A stretch of 63,778 nucleotides of DNA, the filler included, from Octopus bimaculoides (taxonomy: Eukaryota), in assembly GCF_001194135.2 (NCBI RefSeq). It is 4 parts of 4 records of this genome, joined end to end, with 100 filler letters (N's around TTAATTAATTAA, not from the genome) between each part and the next. Parts side by side here need not be neighbours in the genome. Positions count along the whole stretch, not along the records: positions 1 to 24,414 come from NC_068993.1; 3 more parts are not named here. One strand, 5' to 3'. Made by a program: the position numbers and the translations under genes. A model generated the notes under the pieces. That model was not told the origin of the DNA, made no database searches, and worked only from the letters and a program-made list of their open reading frames with translations. Positions 1 to 12,884 of this stretch are shown piece by piece; within the stretch, counting starts at the first letter, position 1; each line of letters begins with the position of its first letter.

Positions 1-17
1 GCGTTCTCTATCTTTCT

Positions 18-18
18 G

Positions 19-60
<42 letters not shown>

Positions 61-80
61 CATCCATCTATCTATCTATC
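18..80. repeat. (TATC)n microsatellite
   Basis: Tandem tatc/ctat units read directly. One of dozens of (AT)n, (GT)n, (GA)n, (GATA)n, (TAA)n, (CTA)n and (GAA)n tracts that are not all listed. Confidence 0.95.
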
Positions 81-1176
81 CTTCTATTCTTCCTTCTTAC
101 CTATCTCCCCCTCTCGTTCTTCCTTCTGTTGTCCTTGTTTCTCCCCTTCACTGCTATATCTCTCTCTCACTCTTCCTCCCTGTCTTTTGTCGCTCACCTA
201 TGTTCAACGTCCTCCCTTTTCCTCTCTCTACCACTTGCCGTCCATCACACGTGACCTGTGGTCACCTCTTCCCTTCTCCCTTCGGCCAGCATAAAGGCAA
301 CACGATCCGCTATCTCTCTCTCTGCTCAAGTTCGTCACATCACAGCGTTCAGTATCTCATCTCGTTCAGCTTAAAGGCCCTCAACGTCTGTTTTCACTGT
401 TTAGTTTTCCCTGAATTAGTTTCTGTTTGCCACTTTGGAATCCCCCGCATAGCAGATTTTATTTAATTTGCTTTGCGGGAAAAGCTATTCTAAGAGTGCG
501 TTCTGCCTCATCTTTGAAACGCCTAGTTTAGAATAGAGGCAACCGATGAAGGAAAAGTTCCATATGTGGCTTGTCTGTTTCCTAGGTGTTCATTCTGTTG
601 TCCGTAAAAAAGAAAAAAAATAGTTCGTTTTTTTGTGCTTTGTTTATGTTCCCGTTCCTTTTTTGTCCACGTTTTTTGACGTCCTGTACCCGGATACGCT
701 TCTATATATACATGTAGATGTAGGTATGTACATATATGTATGTATATATGTATAAGATCACATATCATTTGTATTATATATGTATATACATATATATATA
801 TATATAAATTCATAAGAATGGTACAACAAGGTACCGATATTTGCTGGAGAATAGCAATCGATATAAAAACGACGCTATTGTATAGCTTCACTGCGTATAT
901 ACTGGCAAAAATGCGTGTGTGCAACAAAACATGAAAAACTTGTCTTACCTTAGGAAGAACATCCAAAAATGAACAACCCAGATTAAGGATGATGCAATAC
1001 CTAGGTTTCAGACTTTTCAAATACGTTTCACAACGTAAATCTGATTAGTACTCATCAGCTGCATTCACCTAGACAACATTACAAGTGTTGCCACATCAAT
1101 GCCAAGTATACTCGCCCGAACGCCAAGCCATATATACATATATTTGTAGAGAGAGAGGAGAGACAGGCAGTCAGAG

Positions 1177-1227
<51 letters not shown>

Positions 1228-1402
1228 TATTACATATAGCTATATCCATGCATTGATACCCGTTTATATATACCCCAGACTACCCGTTGTGTCATCGGGA
1301 AATTCTGAGCTACCCAGTTTTGTTTCATGGGTATTTTCGTCTCCACGTTATTTCGCATGATTTCAACGAATGTGACATCTAAATGACGCGCAAAAGGCTA
1401 AA

Positions 1403-1514
1403 TTTGGCTGCTATTTCTTGCACGCCCTACTACCATGTAACATGTAGTATTTCGGGTCCTTTAACCGAAATAACTATTACATGGTGGCAGGGCGTGCTAA
1501 AAATAGCAGCCAAA
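1403..1514. mobile_element. Small foldback (MITE-like) element with ~50-bp inverted arms
   Basis: Left arm tttggctgctatttcttgcacgccctactaccatgtaa...tatttcgg matches the reverse complement of the right arm ccgaaataactattacatggtggcagggcgtgctaaaaatagcagccaaa with a few mismatches and one indel. Confidence 0.65.
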
Positions 1515-2124
1515 CCTTTGGATGTGAGATACGTTGAATGCACTCGAAAAACCTATGGACAGAAACTATTTCACACCGAGGTTACGAACGGGTCTTTTAC
1601 AAAATATTTACCGTATTTTTAAAGTCATTTTTACTTTAAAATATATTTTGAATATGCCAAAAAGTTTATTTGTAATGTTTTTTACTTTAAAATAATAAAA
1701 ATATATTGTGTTTAAAGAAAGCTAAAATATAAATACTGACTGTATAAACAACTTACATTTTTGACATCACATTCACATAAAAGACTTCTAAATGTTTAAA
1801 ATATTGTGTATCACAAAAGCGGAGAGAGAAATATTTACTGTAAAAATCTTGTATTTTGTATTTTGTAGTTGTCAAGTCACTGTATCTAATCGAAAGATAA
1901 GAGTTTCTTCATTCTCAGGATCCCGATTATTTTCGGAATATTTTCCCATTATGCACCGTTTTTGGTATTTATACCCGAAAACCTCAAATATTTCTAAAAG
2001 TACTTGTTTTATTCCGTTTGTATTAACATTTCAGGATAAACTTAATTCATAATATCTTCCCATTATGTGCCAGTTTGCCTGGATAACATTGTAAGCCAGC
2101 AAACAAGATTCAAACTGACTTTAT

Positions 2125-2159
<35 letters not shown>

Positions 2160-2598
2160 NNNNNNNNNNNNNNNNNNNNNNNNNNNNNNNNNNNNNNNNN
2201 NNNNNNNNNNNNNNNNNNNNNNNNNNNNNNNNNNNNNNNNNNNNNNNNNNNNNNNNNNNNNNNNNNNNNNNNNNNNNNNNNNNNNNNNNNNNNNNNNNNN
2301 NNNNNNNNNNNNNNNNNNNNNNNNNNNNNNNNNNNNNNNNNNNNNNNNNNNNNNNNNNNNNNNNNNNNNNNNNNNNNNNNNNNNNNNNNNNNNNNNNNNN
2401 NNNNNNNNNNNNNNNNNNNNNNNNNNNNNNNNNNNNNNNNNNNNNNNNNNNNNNNNNNNNNNNNNNNNNNNNNNNNNNNNNNNNNNNNNNNNNNNNNNNN
2501 NNNNNNNNNNNNNNNNNNNNNNNNNNNNNNNNNNNNNNNNNNNNNNNNNNNNNNNNNNNNNNNNNNNNNNNNNNNNNNNNNNNNNNNNNNNNNNNNNN

Positions 2599-2636
<38 letters not shown>

Positions 2637-3243
2637 AGAGATGGATTGTGGTTCAGTACACCTGCCTTAGATGTGTTTTTTCTATTGATGAATAAATTAG
2701 TTACCTCATGCCCAAAAAACCGTTTTCACCAAACATTTTGAACATCTCAATAACAAGTTAAAATTCGGTTATAAATATGCACGTTTTCATCTATATACAG
2801 ACAGACTGATCCCTACAAACATACTTATGCATGCACACCCCCAAACACACACTCGTATATACGCATACAAACATACACACACACGTACACACACATACAC
2901 GCTTGCGTGAATTTGCTACACATATATTTAAAGAAATATATTAGTATTCTATACTATCTAGAAATTATTGAAAAATATGATTTGGAAAATATGTTAGGTA
3001 CAAGTCCGTGGGTATAAATTCTGAAGCTCAATAATCTATGAGGATTTAGAAAACTACAGAATCAAACATAAAATAGGAAGATTTAATATTTACTTCAAAC
3101 TTGTTAAGTCATGTCTACTGGTCCTAGTCTATATCTCTTTCATGTATGTAATATTTTGATAATCCTCTCTAACTTCCCTATTTGTATTCTTACTTATTTG
3201 ACACCATACCTGGAACCTTCCGTACATTGGATCTGGAACTTAC

Positions 3244-3309
3244 ACTAAAGGTGGTGCTCCAGCATGGCCGCAGCCAAATGACCGAAACAAGTAAAAGAGT
3301 AAAAGAGTA
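3244..3309 (+). mobile_element. SINE family A, 3' tail fragment
   Basis: aaggtggtgctccagcatggccgcag..aaatgac.gaaacaagtaaaagagtaaaagagt matches the 3' end of the full-length copies at 35012-35416 and 52059-52464. Confidence 0.8.
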
Positions 3310-4699
3310 CCGTGAAACTGCTTGCCGGTGTACGCCTCTTTGTGATTTTGCATATATAGATGGATATATTGATGTGCATGGGTATGTAAATGGTAGAACA
3401 AATCTGTATATGCATTAATATATTCATTAATATATTCTTCAAAATTTATATATATACTGTTGAAACACGGATATGCTATTTTCGGCCATAACTTCGTGTC
3501 ATTTTTATTAAAATACCTCGATTCAATTAGATCTCGCAAATAATTATAATCAATACCACACACACGCATACACTTACTACCACACACACACACAGTTACT
3601 ACCACACACCACACCCGTTACCACATGCACTCACAGGCTAACACACACACACCCGTACGCACGCACACACACATACGAACCATCTTCACACTCTCCTGTC
3701 ATAGAAACCACTTTCTTTTTCTCCTCCCACTTTCGGTCACTTCAAAAATGTGACAACACGTGGATTGTTGATAATTTTTCCTTCCTCCTCTTTGGAGTTT
3801 TCTCTTTCCGACGAAGAGCTATGCTCAAAACGTTAACAACTCTCTCCTTTCACCGAACGTCAAATTAATATACATCTTGTGTATGTCCACACGTTCGTTT
3901 TTTTTGTTTTTTTCCCCCATTTTTTAATTGTTTGTCCTTTAAACGACATTTGAGACTTCAATAAAGCATTGATCATATTCTATGGACACGAACGTGTCTC
4001 TTGAGGCCTGCTGGTACTTTCCAAACCTTTAAGCAAAAGGAAAAAGTTGAGTGCTTGTGGATTATTTACTATGCCTTTTCTGGAGTGGACGGCTAGGCCT
4101 GCTTTGCTTCGTGCCACGAAACCACAATGACAGGAGAGATTTATATTTAGAGGAAACTATATTTCTGTATAATTAAATAGTCCACAAATAAAGCATATGT
4201 ATTTATTTTAAGAAAACTAACAATATTTTGAATTGGGTTTTTATGACTGAAAACGATAAATTGCAAGAATACTTCCATATGAAATATTTCTTTGAAGTAT
4301 TATGTTACGTTTGTTTAGGCGCTAGTCTAAATGGAAGAAGCCTCAGGCGAGATTGAAAACTTAATGTTATCATACACATTGTATACAGCTAGGTAGCTCG
4401 GTGTATTATAGAGAGGAACTGATGTAATTGGGTGAGAGGAAAGCAGAGGAGTCTGGAAGCAAGTTCACCGTCAGAAGCTTACATTTCCATGGAAGCAAGC
4501 TTTAAGATACAGGTGACGATGATGATGATGAGGAGGAGGAGGAGGAGGAGGAGGAGNNNNNNNNNNNNNNNNNNNNNNNNNNNNNNNNNNNNNNNNNNNN
4601 NNNNNNNNNNNNNNNNNNNNNNNNNNNNNNNNNNNNNNNNNNNNNNNNNNNNNNNNNNNNNNNNNNGGGAGAGGAGGGAGAGAGGGAGGATCCTGGTAT

Positions 4700-4900
4700 G
4701 CTATAGATGATGATGACGATGACAAGGAGATAGAGAAGTAAGATCAGTGTAATGATGACGATACGTGACGGTAATGATGATGATGATGACGATTGTTATG
4801 ATGACAACAACGGCGGCGATGGCGAAAATAATATGATGATTTGAATAATGACAATGACGGTCGCGATGATGATGATGATGGTCATCATTATTATTATGAT
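4700..4900. repeat. Imperfect (GAT)n/(GAC)n trinucleotide repeat
   Basis: gatgatgatgacgatgac... degenerate run read directly. Confidence 0.75.
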
Positions 4901-5207
4901 GTCTATTTCCCAGATATTTGAAGAATTGATTTGTGATATCCACTAAGGACTAACACGTTGATAGCAGATAGAGATAGGGTAATAGCAATTTCAATTTAAA
5001 TGTCAATAGGTTAACCTATAATTTCAACACGAATTTGTGTGAACAGAGAATAAAAAACAAACAAAAGGTGAGTGCGTGCGTGTGTGTGTGTGTGTATGTG
5101 TGTGTGTATATATTAATTTATCTCCCTATCTATCTATCTATCTATCTATCTATCGGTATATATATATATATATACATGTGTATACACACACATATATNNN
5201 NNNNNNN

Positions 5208-5260
<53 letters not shown>

Positions 5261-5495
5261 CATATGAATATATATGATCTCATATAACGTATATATGAAA
5301 AATATTATAATTTCCGAATAAATATAGAGTGTTACCGTAAAATTTTAAAGTGTGAATCTAAAAGAAAGTGTATAACGAGCTGGGTGTATGTGTGCATTCA
5401 TGCCAATATATCTCACTCTGTGCATGTGTGGGCGCGTGTGTCACTGTGCGCGTGCGCGTATGTATATGTGTGTGTGTGTGTGTGCGTGCGTGCGT

Positions 5496-5535
<40 letters not shown>

Positions 5536-6081
5536 ACCTGTGTGAGTGTATGTGTGTGTGTGTTTATTAATAAGCCTTTATATATAAAGAGACATTAATA
5601 GTAATATAAATATTGTTTCTGTGCATTACCGAATATTTTAAAGATTTTTCTATGTATGTGTGAACGGAAAAGAGACGCTATATGTGTTGGTACGTATATT
5701 ATCGTTGTATGAACAACTTTGTGCAGGTGTGTGTTTCTGTGTGGCGTATAGGAAACAAAAACAGAGGTACAGAGAGAGAGACAGAGACAGAGAAAGGGAA
5801 GAGAGAGAAAGAGAGAGAATGTGACAGAGATATAGACATAGTGTGGTATGTGTGTTTACATTGGTTTATATGTGTGTTGATGTGAGGATGAGAGATGGAG
5901 AAGAAAAGATAATGTATGTGTGTGTGTGTTGTGAATTTTGGAATGGATGTATATACACATTTTCATACGAATTTAAAAGTATATTTCATGTACTAAGTTA
6001 TAACGAAAAAATGTCGACCTGTGTGAACGAAGGGAAAGGGACCGTGTATGAGAAGAAAATTTAGAGAACAGGAAAAGAAAG

Positions 6082-6120
<39 letters not shown>

Positions 6121-6604
6121 TGACATAAGGTCTGTGATTGTGTGTGTGTGTGTGTGTGTGTGTGCGTGCGTGTGTGTGTATGTGAGTGTGTGTCTGGGTG
6201 TTTGGATGTGTACCTGTGTGTGTGTCTGTGCATGTGAGCATTTAAACGCATGTGCATGTGTTAATGGGTCTGAACAAAAACTAATCTACTAAAATTTACA
6301 GCTTACACTTCTAACGATGTATTTAGTTTTTGGTTTAAGGATATGATGCCTTCAAAAAAAGAAAAAACTGAATATCGGGACATTAAACACACACATTTCC
6401 AAAGAATTACCTAATGCTGTAGGAAATATTGATGTATTAATCGAACATCTCTATCATGGTAAAACTTTCCTTTTAGTATTTGGAAAATAGATTTTCAAAA
6501 GTTCACACACTGACATTGTTTGTGTTTGTACAGACTCCTTCTATGCTCACACACACAACAGTTCAACTACACGCATTCAACCACACATATTGGTTTCGAA
6601 TTTT

Positions 6605-6812
6605 GGCACAAGGCCAGCAAGCTCGGATAAGCGGTAAGTCGATTACATCGACCCCAGGACTCACCTTGTACTTGTTTTACCGACCCCGAAAGAATGATAG
6701 TCAAAGACGACCTTGCCTAGATATTGCAATAGCAACTCAGAAGATAAAGACGGACGAAATGTCGCTAAGCATTTTGCCCACCATTTTATCGATTCTGCCA
6801 GCTCACCACCTT
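6605..6812 (-). mobile_element. tRNA-derived SINE family B
   Basis: Shares taagtcgattacatcgaccccag...cgaccccgaaag.atga...gacgaaat..cgctaagcatt...gattctgccagctc with copies at 16480, 21992, 25955, 62948 and 63240. Confidence 0.8.
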
Positions 6813-7057
6813 ATCTCACTCACATATATCAACGTTTGTTTTTATCAAACATTTATTGAGGGAGCAGAATTTTGTTTCGACAATGAAAAGTTTAATAGTG
6901 GCTTTGAAGTTTCTGCCAATTGCCTCTGGCACTTCATTAAAATCACACTCACGCACACATGTATGTATTTATGTATATACATATGTATATTTGTACGTAC
7001 AAATACACACACACACGCAAACACACACATACATACACACACTCGCACACATATATA

Positions 7058-7087
7058 CTAAAAGAAGAACCCGGTGTTGCCCGGGTT
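7058..7087 (-). other. Helitron 3' terminal hairpin and terminus
   Basis: aacccgg (7068-7074) / ccgggtt (7081-7087) inverted repeat, about 10 nt from the terminal TTAG. Confidence 0.85.
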
Positions 7088-7238
7088 AAAGCTCATAATG
7101 AAATTTCATTAAAGAATTTGATATACAAGTTGTTTCTTAATAATAATTGTGATTAATGATTCTAACATTACTGACATAACAAATTTTGTGAGTTCAACAA
7201 CAATCGCATACTTGAAATAGAAAACACATAAGAGCAAG

Positions 7239-10200
7239 TTATGATAAAACTTCTTTCTTTATAGATAATATTATGAGTTTTTTCTCAGTGGAGTATAAAT
7301 GAAGACATCTTTTGAACTTCCAGTACGTCAGTATCCAACATACAATTGTCCATGAGAGAACCAAAGCTCTTCCACAATGAGTGTTACTTTGTTGCAGAAG
7401 TGTGGAGGATCTAATTTTTTTTAGGAGCATTATAAGTGCTCCAAGTTCCAAGTCAAGCGTATGAGAAGGTAAACTAGGTGGTTCCAGTGAGTTTAAAATC
7501 TCAACTGGATAATTAGCTACTTGTGATTGGTCAACAACAGTTACAATAGCTCTAAATGATTGGCAATTTCCATGAAGGCACATCAATTTCTATTGCGCTT
7601 ACTGTTATATTTCTCGGTGCCCATTTACTCAACCTTTTGCGATCCTTATGTTGTGCACTGTAATTTTGGAAGATTTTGTTTATAAGTTCTTTATCTGATT
7701 TCACCATTGTGCAAATAGGTGATGGATTTATTGCACCTTCATTGTCTACAGGTAATATTACTTCTCCCAGTTTTAATAAATCCTTGGCAAATTACTAAAA
7801 TGATCAATGATCATGAAGATATGGTCGCATATTTGTTTCAAGCTTCATTACGTTTATGCAGTGGCAGAAGTGTGATGATTTAAAACATGCACGAATTCCA
7901 TCAGATTTCTTTCCCTTTGGAGTAACAGTCTTTGTCTAAAGTTACTAGATAGAACAACTGTCACTCCTCAACCTATTCGAGCATCATTATTTCGATTATT
8001 TCGCAATGCCTTAGCAACTGCTTCAACAGCTCTCTTATGTGCCATTATACATTCACCCCATAGTATCAATTGACATCTGAGAATTTCAACTATTCTTGGA
8101 TATCGTGCTGATATTACACAGAAGAACATCCTTACACCATATATCCAATGGTAGCTTGAGCCAAAAGTAGATTTTATAACAAATGTCTTTCCACTTCAAA
8201 CTTGTGCATCTAGGAAGAATATTCCACCCTTCTCGTGCCTAATGCTGTCAACAACTATTTCGTATGCTACTCTTTGATTTGGAAGTAACTTTTCATCATT
8301 TTCTTTCACATATTTTATCAAATCATCAGTGTCGTAATTTGCTTCACTGAACAATTCAGATGTTAGTCTGTTTTCATTGCCACAAGTAACTTTGGGAAGT
8401 CTGTAATTCTGGAGTACTTTTCCTCCAATAACCAATAGTTTGTCTTCTATGTTGATCAATGCACTATTGTACGTCTCATCATTGTAACCTAAAGCAATGT
8501 CAGGAAATCTCTGTTGCACCTCGTGCATATAATCTTCGGACAGTTTATCTTTATACTTTACTCATAGGCCGTTTGAATCATCAATTTCACAGTTTGTTAA
8601 CAGCAAACGGGAAGCGAAAACTACTTCCAATATATGATACGGAAGCCTCAGAAAAGGTTTTGTCCCATTGAGAGTCATCTTCCAGTAATCCAGGGTAAAA
8701 GTAAGCTTCACGATATGTTTGACAGATAGTATTATTAACAGTTCTTAGAGCGTGGAAGGTTGTCGGGCATTTTATTGTATGAAGCAGCGTCCTTAGGTAA
8801 AAGACATTTATGTTGATTAGGGTTTATTGTACAAACTCTTCCAAGAGCACTATCAAATCTGATATCCAGAGGATCTTCAAGAGGAGCACCTCTTCTTTGC
8901 CTCTTCTATTGCTTATTATCCCATGTCTAGTAAGATGGTAACTGGCAATAATACATTTTCCTTTGAAATGTGTTATCGCTGCAGAGTTTGGTATAAGCTG
9001 TTAGAGTAGTTTCATTAGGAACCAATGATTGCTGTGCAGCAGTTGCAACTATGAAATAGACACGTTCCCCATTTTTCAGTTGAATAGCAAACTATTGAAT
9101 CGATGAATGACGTTCGTGTATTGGAAATCTAAACATTCCCTACAATGCTTCATTGTTGCTGATGTATCTACCTTGTGGATACTTACTGACTTCATCTTGC
9201 ACATCCTGTCTTTGTAGACTAAACATTGCAACATCGGATCTTTTGTTTACATATTTGCAGTCATATTTAATAGTTTTCACGAAGTTGGAAAATTCAACAT
9301 TGATACGAGCATTGAATATTTTGATGAGCAATATGAAACAATCTGTCTGTTGTCAATTTGAAATTGTCCAACCTTTCCTTGGAAACCTCCATCTTCAGGT
9401 TTTCTTCTTCTGTAGGATGGATAACCATCGTCTCCAATTGAGTGTCTCTAAAAAACTGCTTGGATATTTTTTGTGTATCTATTGTTTTGTATACGTGGTG
9501 ATTTTTTGTTAAGAGCTCCATATAAGCAATGTACCATTTGAATCTTCACTATTTCATACAGTGCTATATCTTGTGATGGATCAGGCAGCTCTGTAGATAT
9601 TATTTCGTCAATTTGGTCAGAATGAAATTTTCTATGCAACCAAATAGGAATGTGTGCATGAGGTAATCCACGTTTCTGCCATTGATTAGTGTACATTTGA
9701 CATCTGACCAGTCCAAAGATTCTTCTTTTTGTGATGACATCCATCATTTTCACCACCTTTTGTCGGAAGGGCCTAGCAGTGAGGCCGTGTCTATTTACAT
9801 GTGTTGATCTGAAACCAAGTCATTTTGAATCTTTTTCCGCTTTGGATTACATGCGAAAGTTATAAATAGGACCGGTCTAACAAAGTTCCTAACATATGTC
9901 ATGGCATCCTGTGTTCTTTCATACATATATCCGGGGCTACCAGTAAAACTGGACGGAGGGATGCACAACTTCCCAATGTTTTCAGCAGTAGCTTAGTTAT
10001 TGATGCCATCACGTAAATAAACGTATGAATCAGATCTTAATTCTTTCTGATGAGATCTTATGAATGGTAATCTGTCCGCCTCAGATTTTGCATACATGTC
10101 AAAGGCAAACAGATGGAATAAATTTCGCATTCGGTGGAGTGAATTTAAATTGCTTTGATGAACCATAAAATGGTAGGAGTAAAATCCATACACGAAACTG

Positions 10201-11264
10201 TGTTTCAGGTACTATCATTTTTATTATTTTGAATGTTTTTTAAAATGGTATCCCTCTTCCCCATTCACATAAATTAAAGGGTATTGGAGAGCGTCATAAG
10301 AGCGATGCGTTTCATTAATTCACTGTCATTGATTACCTCTCCCATGAATGATTATGTCACGCTTGCCATGTTTTTGCCTAGATATTTCAATAGCAACTTC
10401 ATTACATTCAGGTGCATTATAGCGACGTGAATACCCTCCTCCTAGTCTCCTGTCAGCATTTATCACTAATTTGAATCCTTCTATAGGCGCATCGTCTGGA
10501 GCATATTTGAAACGTCTAATATAGCTGTTTATTGTATGTAACATATCTTGTAATCGTTATATGATTTCATCCTTGGATCTCAAAAGTGGGCATAAAGCCA
10601 CTTTCAGGGATGACATTTCCACCAATTGATATCATTTCGAATGCATTATAGTTCTTCTGTGTATTTTGAAGAAAATGTCTAAATTCAGTAGTTGTACAAA
10701 TGGGTAGTGCCCTCAAGGGTTTTGGTGGTTCAGATAATAGTTTCAAGTCGATCTTTCCATTTGAACATCACAATCCATGTAACTCACTTTTCCATTTTCT
10801 AGCGCTACAGATTGAACAAAACTTGTTCATCGAAGAAATTTGAACTAAAAGTTCTGAGGCACAGTTTTGATGTAGATTGTAATTAAATGCAACAAAGTCC
10901 AATCGGCAACGTTCTTAAATCGTAAAACTTTTGTTCTTGCTATCTTTTCACATAGCCTTTGAGTTGTTTGTACTTCAGTTTCTTCATGCCGATTTTAAGC
11001 TTCTCTATTTCTCTCCATTTGCTGTTTTGATGATTTTCGTACAGATGATTCCCGTTGACGAATAGTTGCTTTCATTGTCCTATTATCAGTAAGTCTATTT
11101 GACCATTGTACTTCTGATTCATTTTGCCTATATTGCATTGTTCGTTTTCTATGTTTTTGGTGTCTTTCTTGTTGCTGCTCTACATTTTCAATCCCCCTCT
11201 GTAGCTGCATTGCCCTAGCTTCATGAGATTTTTCTCCAAATGAAAGACTATTCTTCGGTAGCAT
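7239..11264 (-). pseudogene. Helitron RepHel (HUH Rep + PIF1-like helicase) pseudogene, many frameshifts, stops and internal deletions
   Basis: Basic N-terminus (10995-11264); zinc-finger remnant CSICSARKWK...CSNGK; YNAPECNEVA; SSFTGSPGYMYERTQDAM...LFITFACNPK (Rep motif I); QWQKRGLPHAH (HUH motif); GDDGYPSYRRRK (motif III); KYVNK; LDA..SGKTF (Walker A); ECIMAHKRAVEA; NSLEPPSLPSH; FSHGQLYVG (helicase motif VI); YKEVL-stop. Confidence 0.93.
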
Positions 11265-11425
11265 TTTTGCTTGCAGTTTACAATGTCACTATTTACACTT
11301 TAACATACTTCTATACAACACTTCACCTCCAAAACTGAAAATACGAATCATGTTCAGATTTGACATGAAAGGTCCTTACAGTGCTGTAACAACTCTCCAT
11401 TAGCAACTGACTGGTATGTGTTCAC

Positions 11426-11429
11426 TCAC

Positions 11430-11463
<34 letters not shown>

Positions 11464-11745
11464 ATGAGAATGTATGTCTGTCTTTCTGTCGATTTGTCTG
11501 CCTGTGTGAATCCCTAAAATTTAAGAACTATACAACCAATTTCATTCAAATTTTACACATGCCTTACCTAGGGTCCATGTAGTGTCATAAACCCCAAATT
11601 GTTTTTACTTCTTGCCTAGTGCTAGCCCAGTGAAATATCACATCTCCGCCACTATTGCAGTATTACATGTCAAAAGTGAAACAATAACTTCTCTCTATTG
11701 TAATGTCAGATATTTTCACTTTAATACTGAAACTATTATCTCACA
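11426..11745 (+). mobile_element. Helitron-like non-autonomous 5' segment, opposite in orientation to the RepHel
   Basis: TC..(TA)n-AAAGATGAGAATGTATGTCTGTC...AACTATACAACCAATTTCATTCAAATTTTACAC resembles the 5' starts of HINE/Lep1-type Helitron derivatives (recognised from memory, not aligned). No 3' hairpin seen. Confidence 0.45.
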
Positions 11746-12071
11746 TATATAGAGGCATACATACACATATACATACATACATATATATAAATATATCATG
11801 TATATGTATATATGTATACATCTGCACACATGTATATATACAGATGTATATAGATATACATGTATATATATAGATGTATATATATATATACATGTATATG
11901 TATAAATGTATATGTATACATGTATATATACAGATATAGATGTATATGTATACATGTATATGTGTAGATGTATATATATAGATGTACATGTAATATGTAC
12001 ACATATATACACATATATAGATGCATACATATATACACACATACACACAAATACACACACACATATACATA

Positions 12072-12382
12072 GGTGCATGTGTAGCTGTGTGGTAAGAAAC
12101 TTCGTTCCAAAAAACATGGTCCTGGGTTCAGTACCACTGTGTGGTGACCTGCCAGGTGTCTTCTGCTATAGCCTCAGACCAAACAAAGCCTTGTGAGTGG
12201 ATTTTGTAGACAGAAACTGAAAGAAATCAATCGTATATATATATGTATGTATATATGTAAGTATATGTGTATGTCTTTGTCTCTGTGTTTCTCCCTCATC
12301 ACTGCTTCACAACTGCTGTTCGTTTCCTTACATCCCCATAACTTACTGGCCTGACAAGAAGAAATTGATCGAATAAGCACCA
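12072..12382 (+). mobile_element. tRNA-derived SINE family A, diverged
   Basis: gtgtggtaagaa..ttc....aacatggtcctgggttcagtaccactg...gccttgtgagtggattt.gtagac.gaaactgaaagaa; A/B-box-like head and an internal (AT)/(GT) tract. Confidence 0.8.
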
Positions 12383-12394
12383 TGGTTAGATTTG

Positions 12395-12840
12395 GATTTT
12401 CTAACATTAAAAATATGTTACAGATAATATCTTCCCATAATTTTAGACTTTTAGATTCATCTCTAGTCAGCCATCCGAATTATGATGATAATGCGAATGC
12501 TAGGACCAAAAATGTGGTTTATCAACGTAAGGTAACGTCTAACACAGAGGTCTCGTACTATGTGGGTAGCTCCTCGACGCAGGTCTCCAAGAGCATTTCA
12601 AACCATTATTCTTCCTTTAGGGATAGGAATAAATAGTACCGTTCTAAGTAAATTAATCTGGAAACTTAAGGAATGCAATAAACAATTCTCTTTGGAATGG
12701 TCAATACTGGCTACCTCAAAACCCTACGACAAGGGTAAGGATTGTTTCCTCTCTGTAACTTGAAGCTATTCCACAACAATAATTTCTTAAACCACATAAC
12801 ACAGAGAGCATACAGATGCCAGGATTGGAGGAAAGACACC
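12395..12840 (+). mobile_element. Penelope-like element fragment (GIY-YIG endonuclease)
   Basis: NIKNMLQIISSHN...TKNVVYQRKVTS..SYYVGSSST...NHYSSFR, then frameshifted LSKLIWKLKE...LEWSIL. VVY...YVG is the GIY-YIG signature of PLEs. Confidence 0.85.
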
Positions 12841-12884
12841 TTCAGTTTTTTTCACTGATTTCATCCTTCTTACTAATTTTAGTT

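Larger units (their letters stand above)
7058..11290 (-). mobile_element. Helitron, near full-length, non-functional
   Basis: RepHel motifs occur in the expected order on the minus strand. The 3' end has a perfect 7-bp hairpin AACCCGG-gcaaca-CCGGGTT followed by ...TTAG|T, where canonical is CTRR inserted before T. The 5' TC end is not resolved. Confidence 0.93.
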
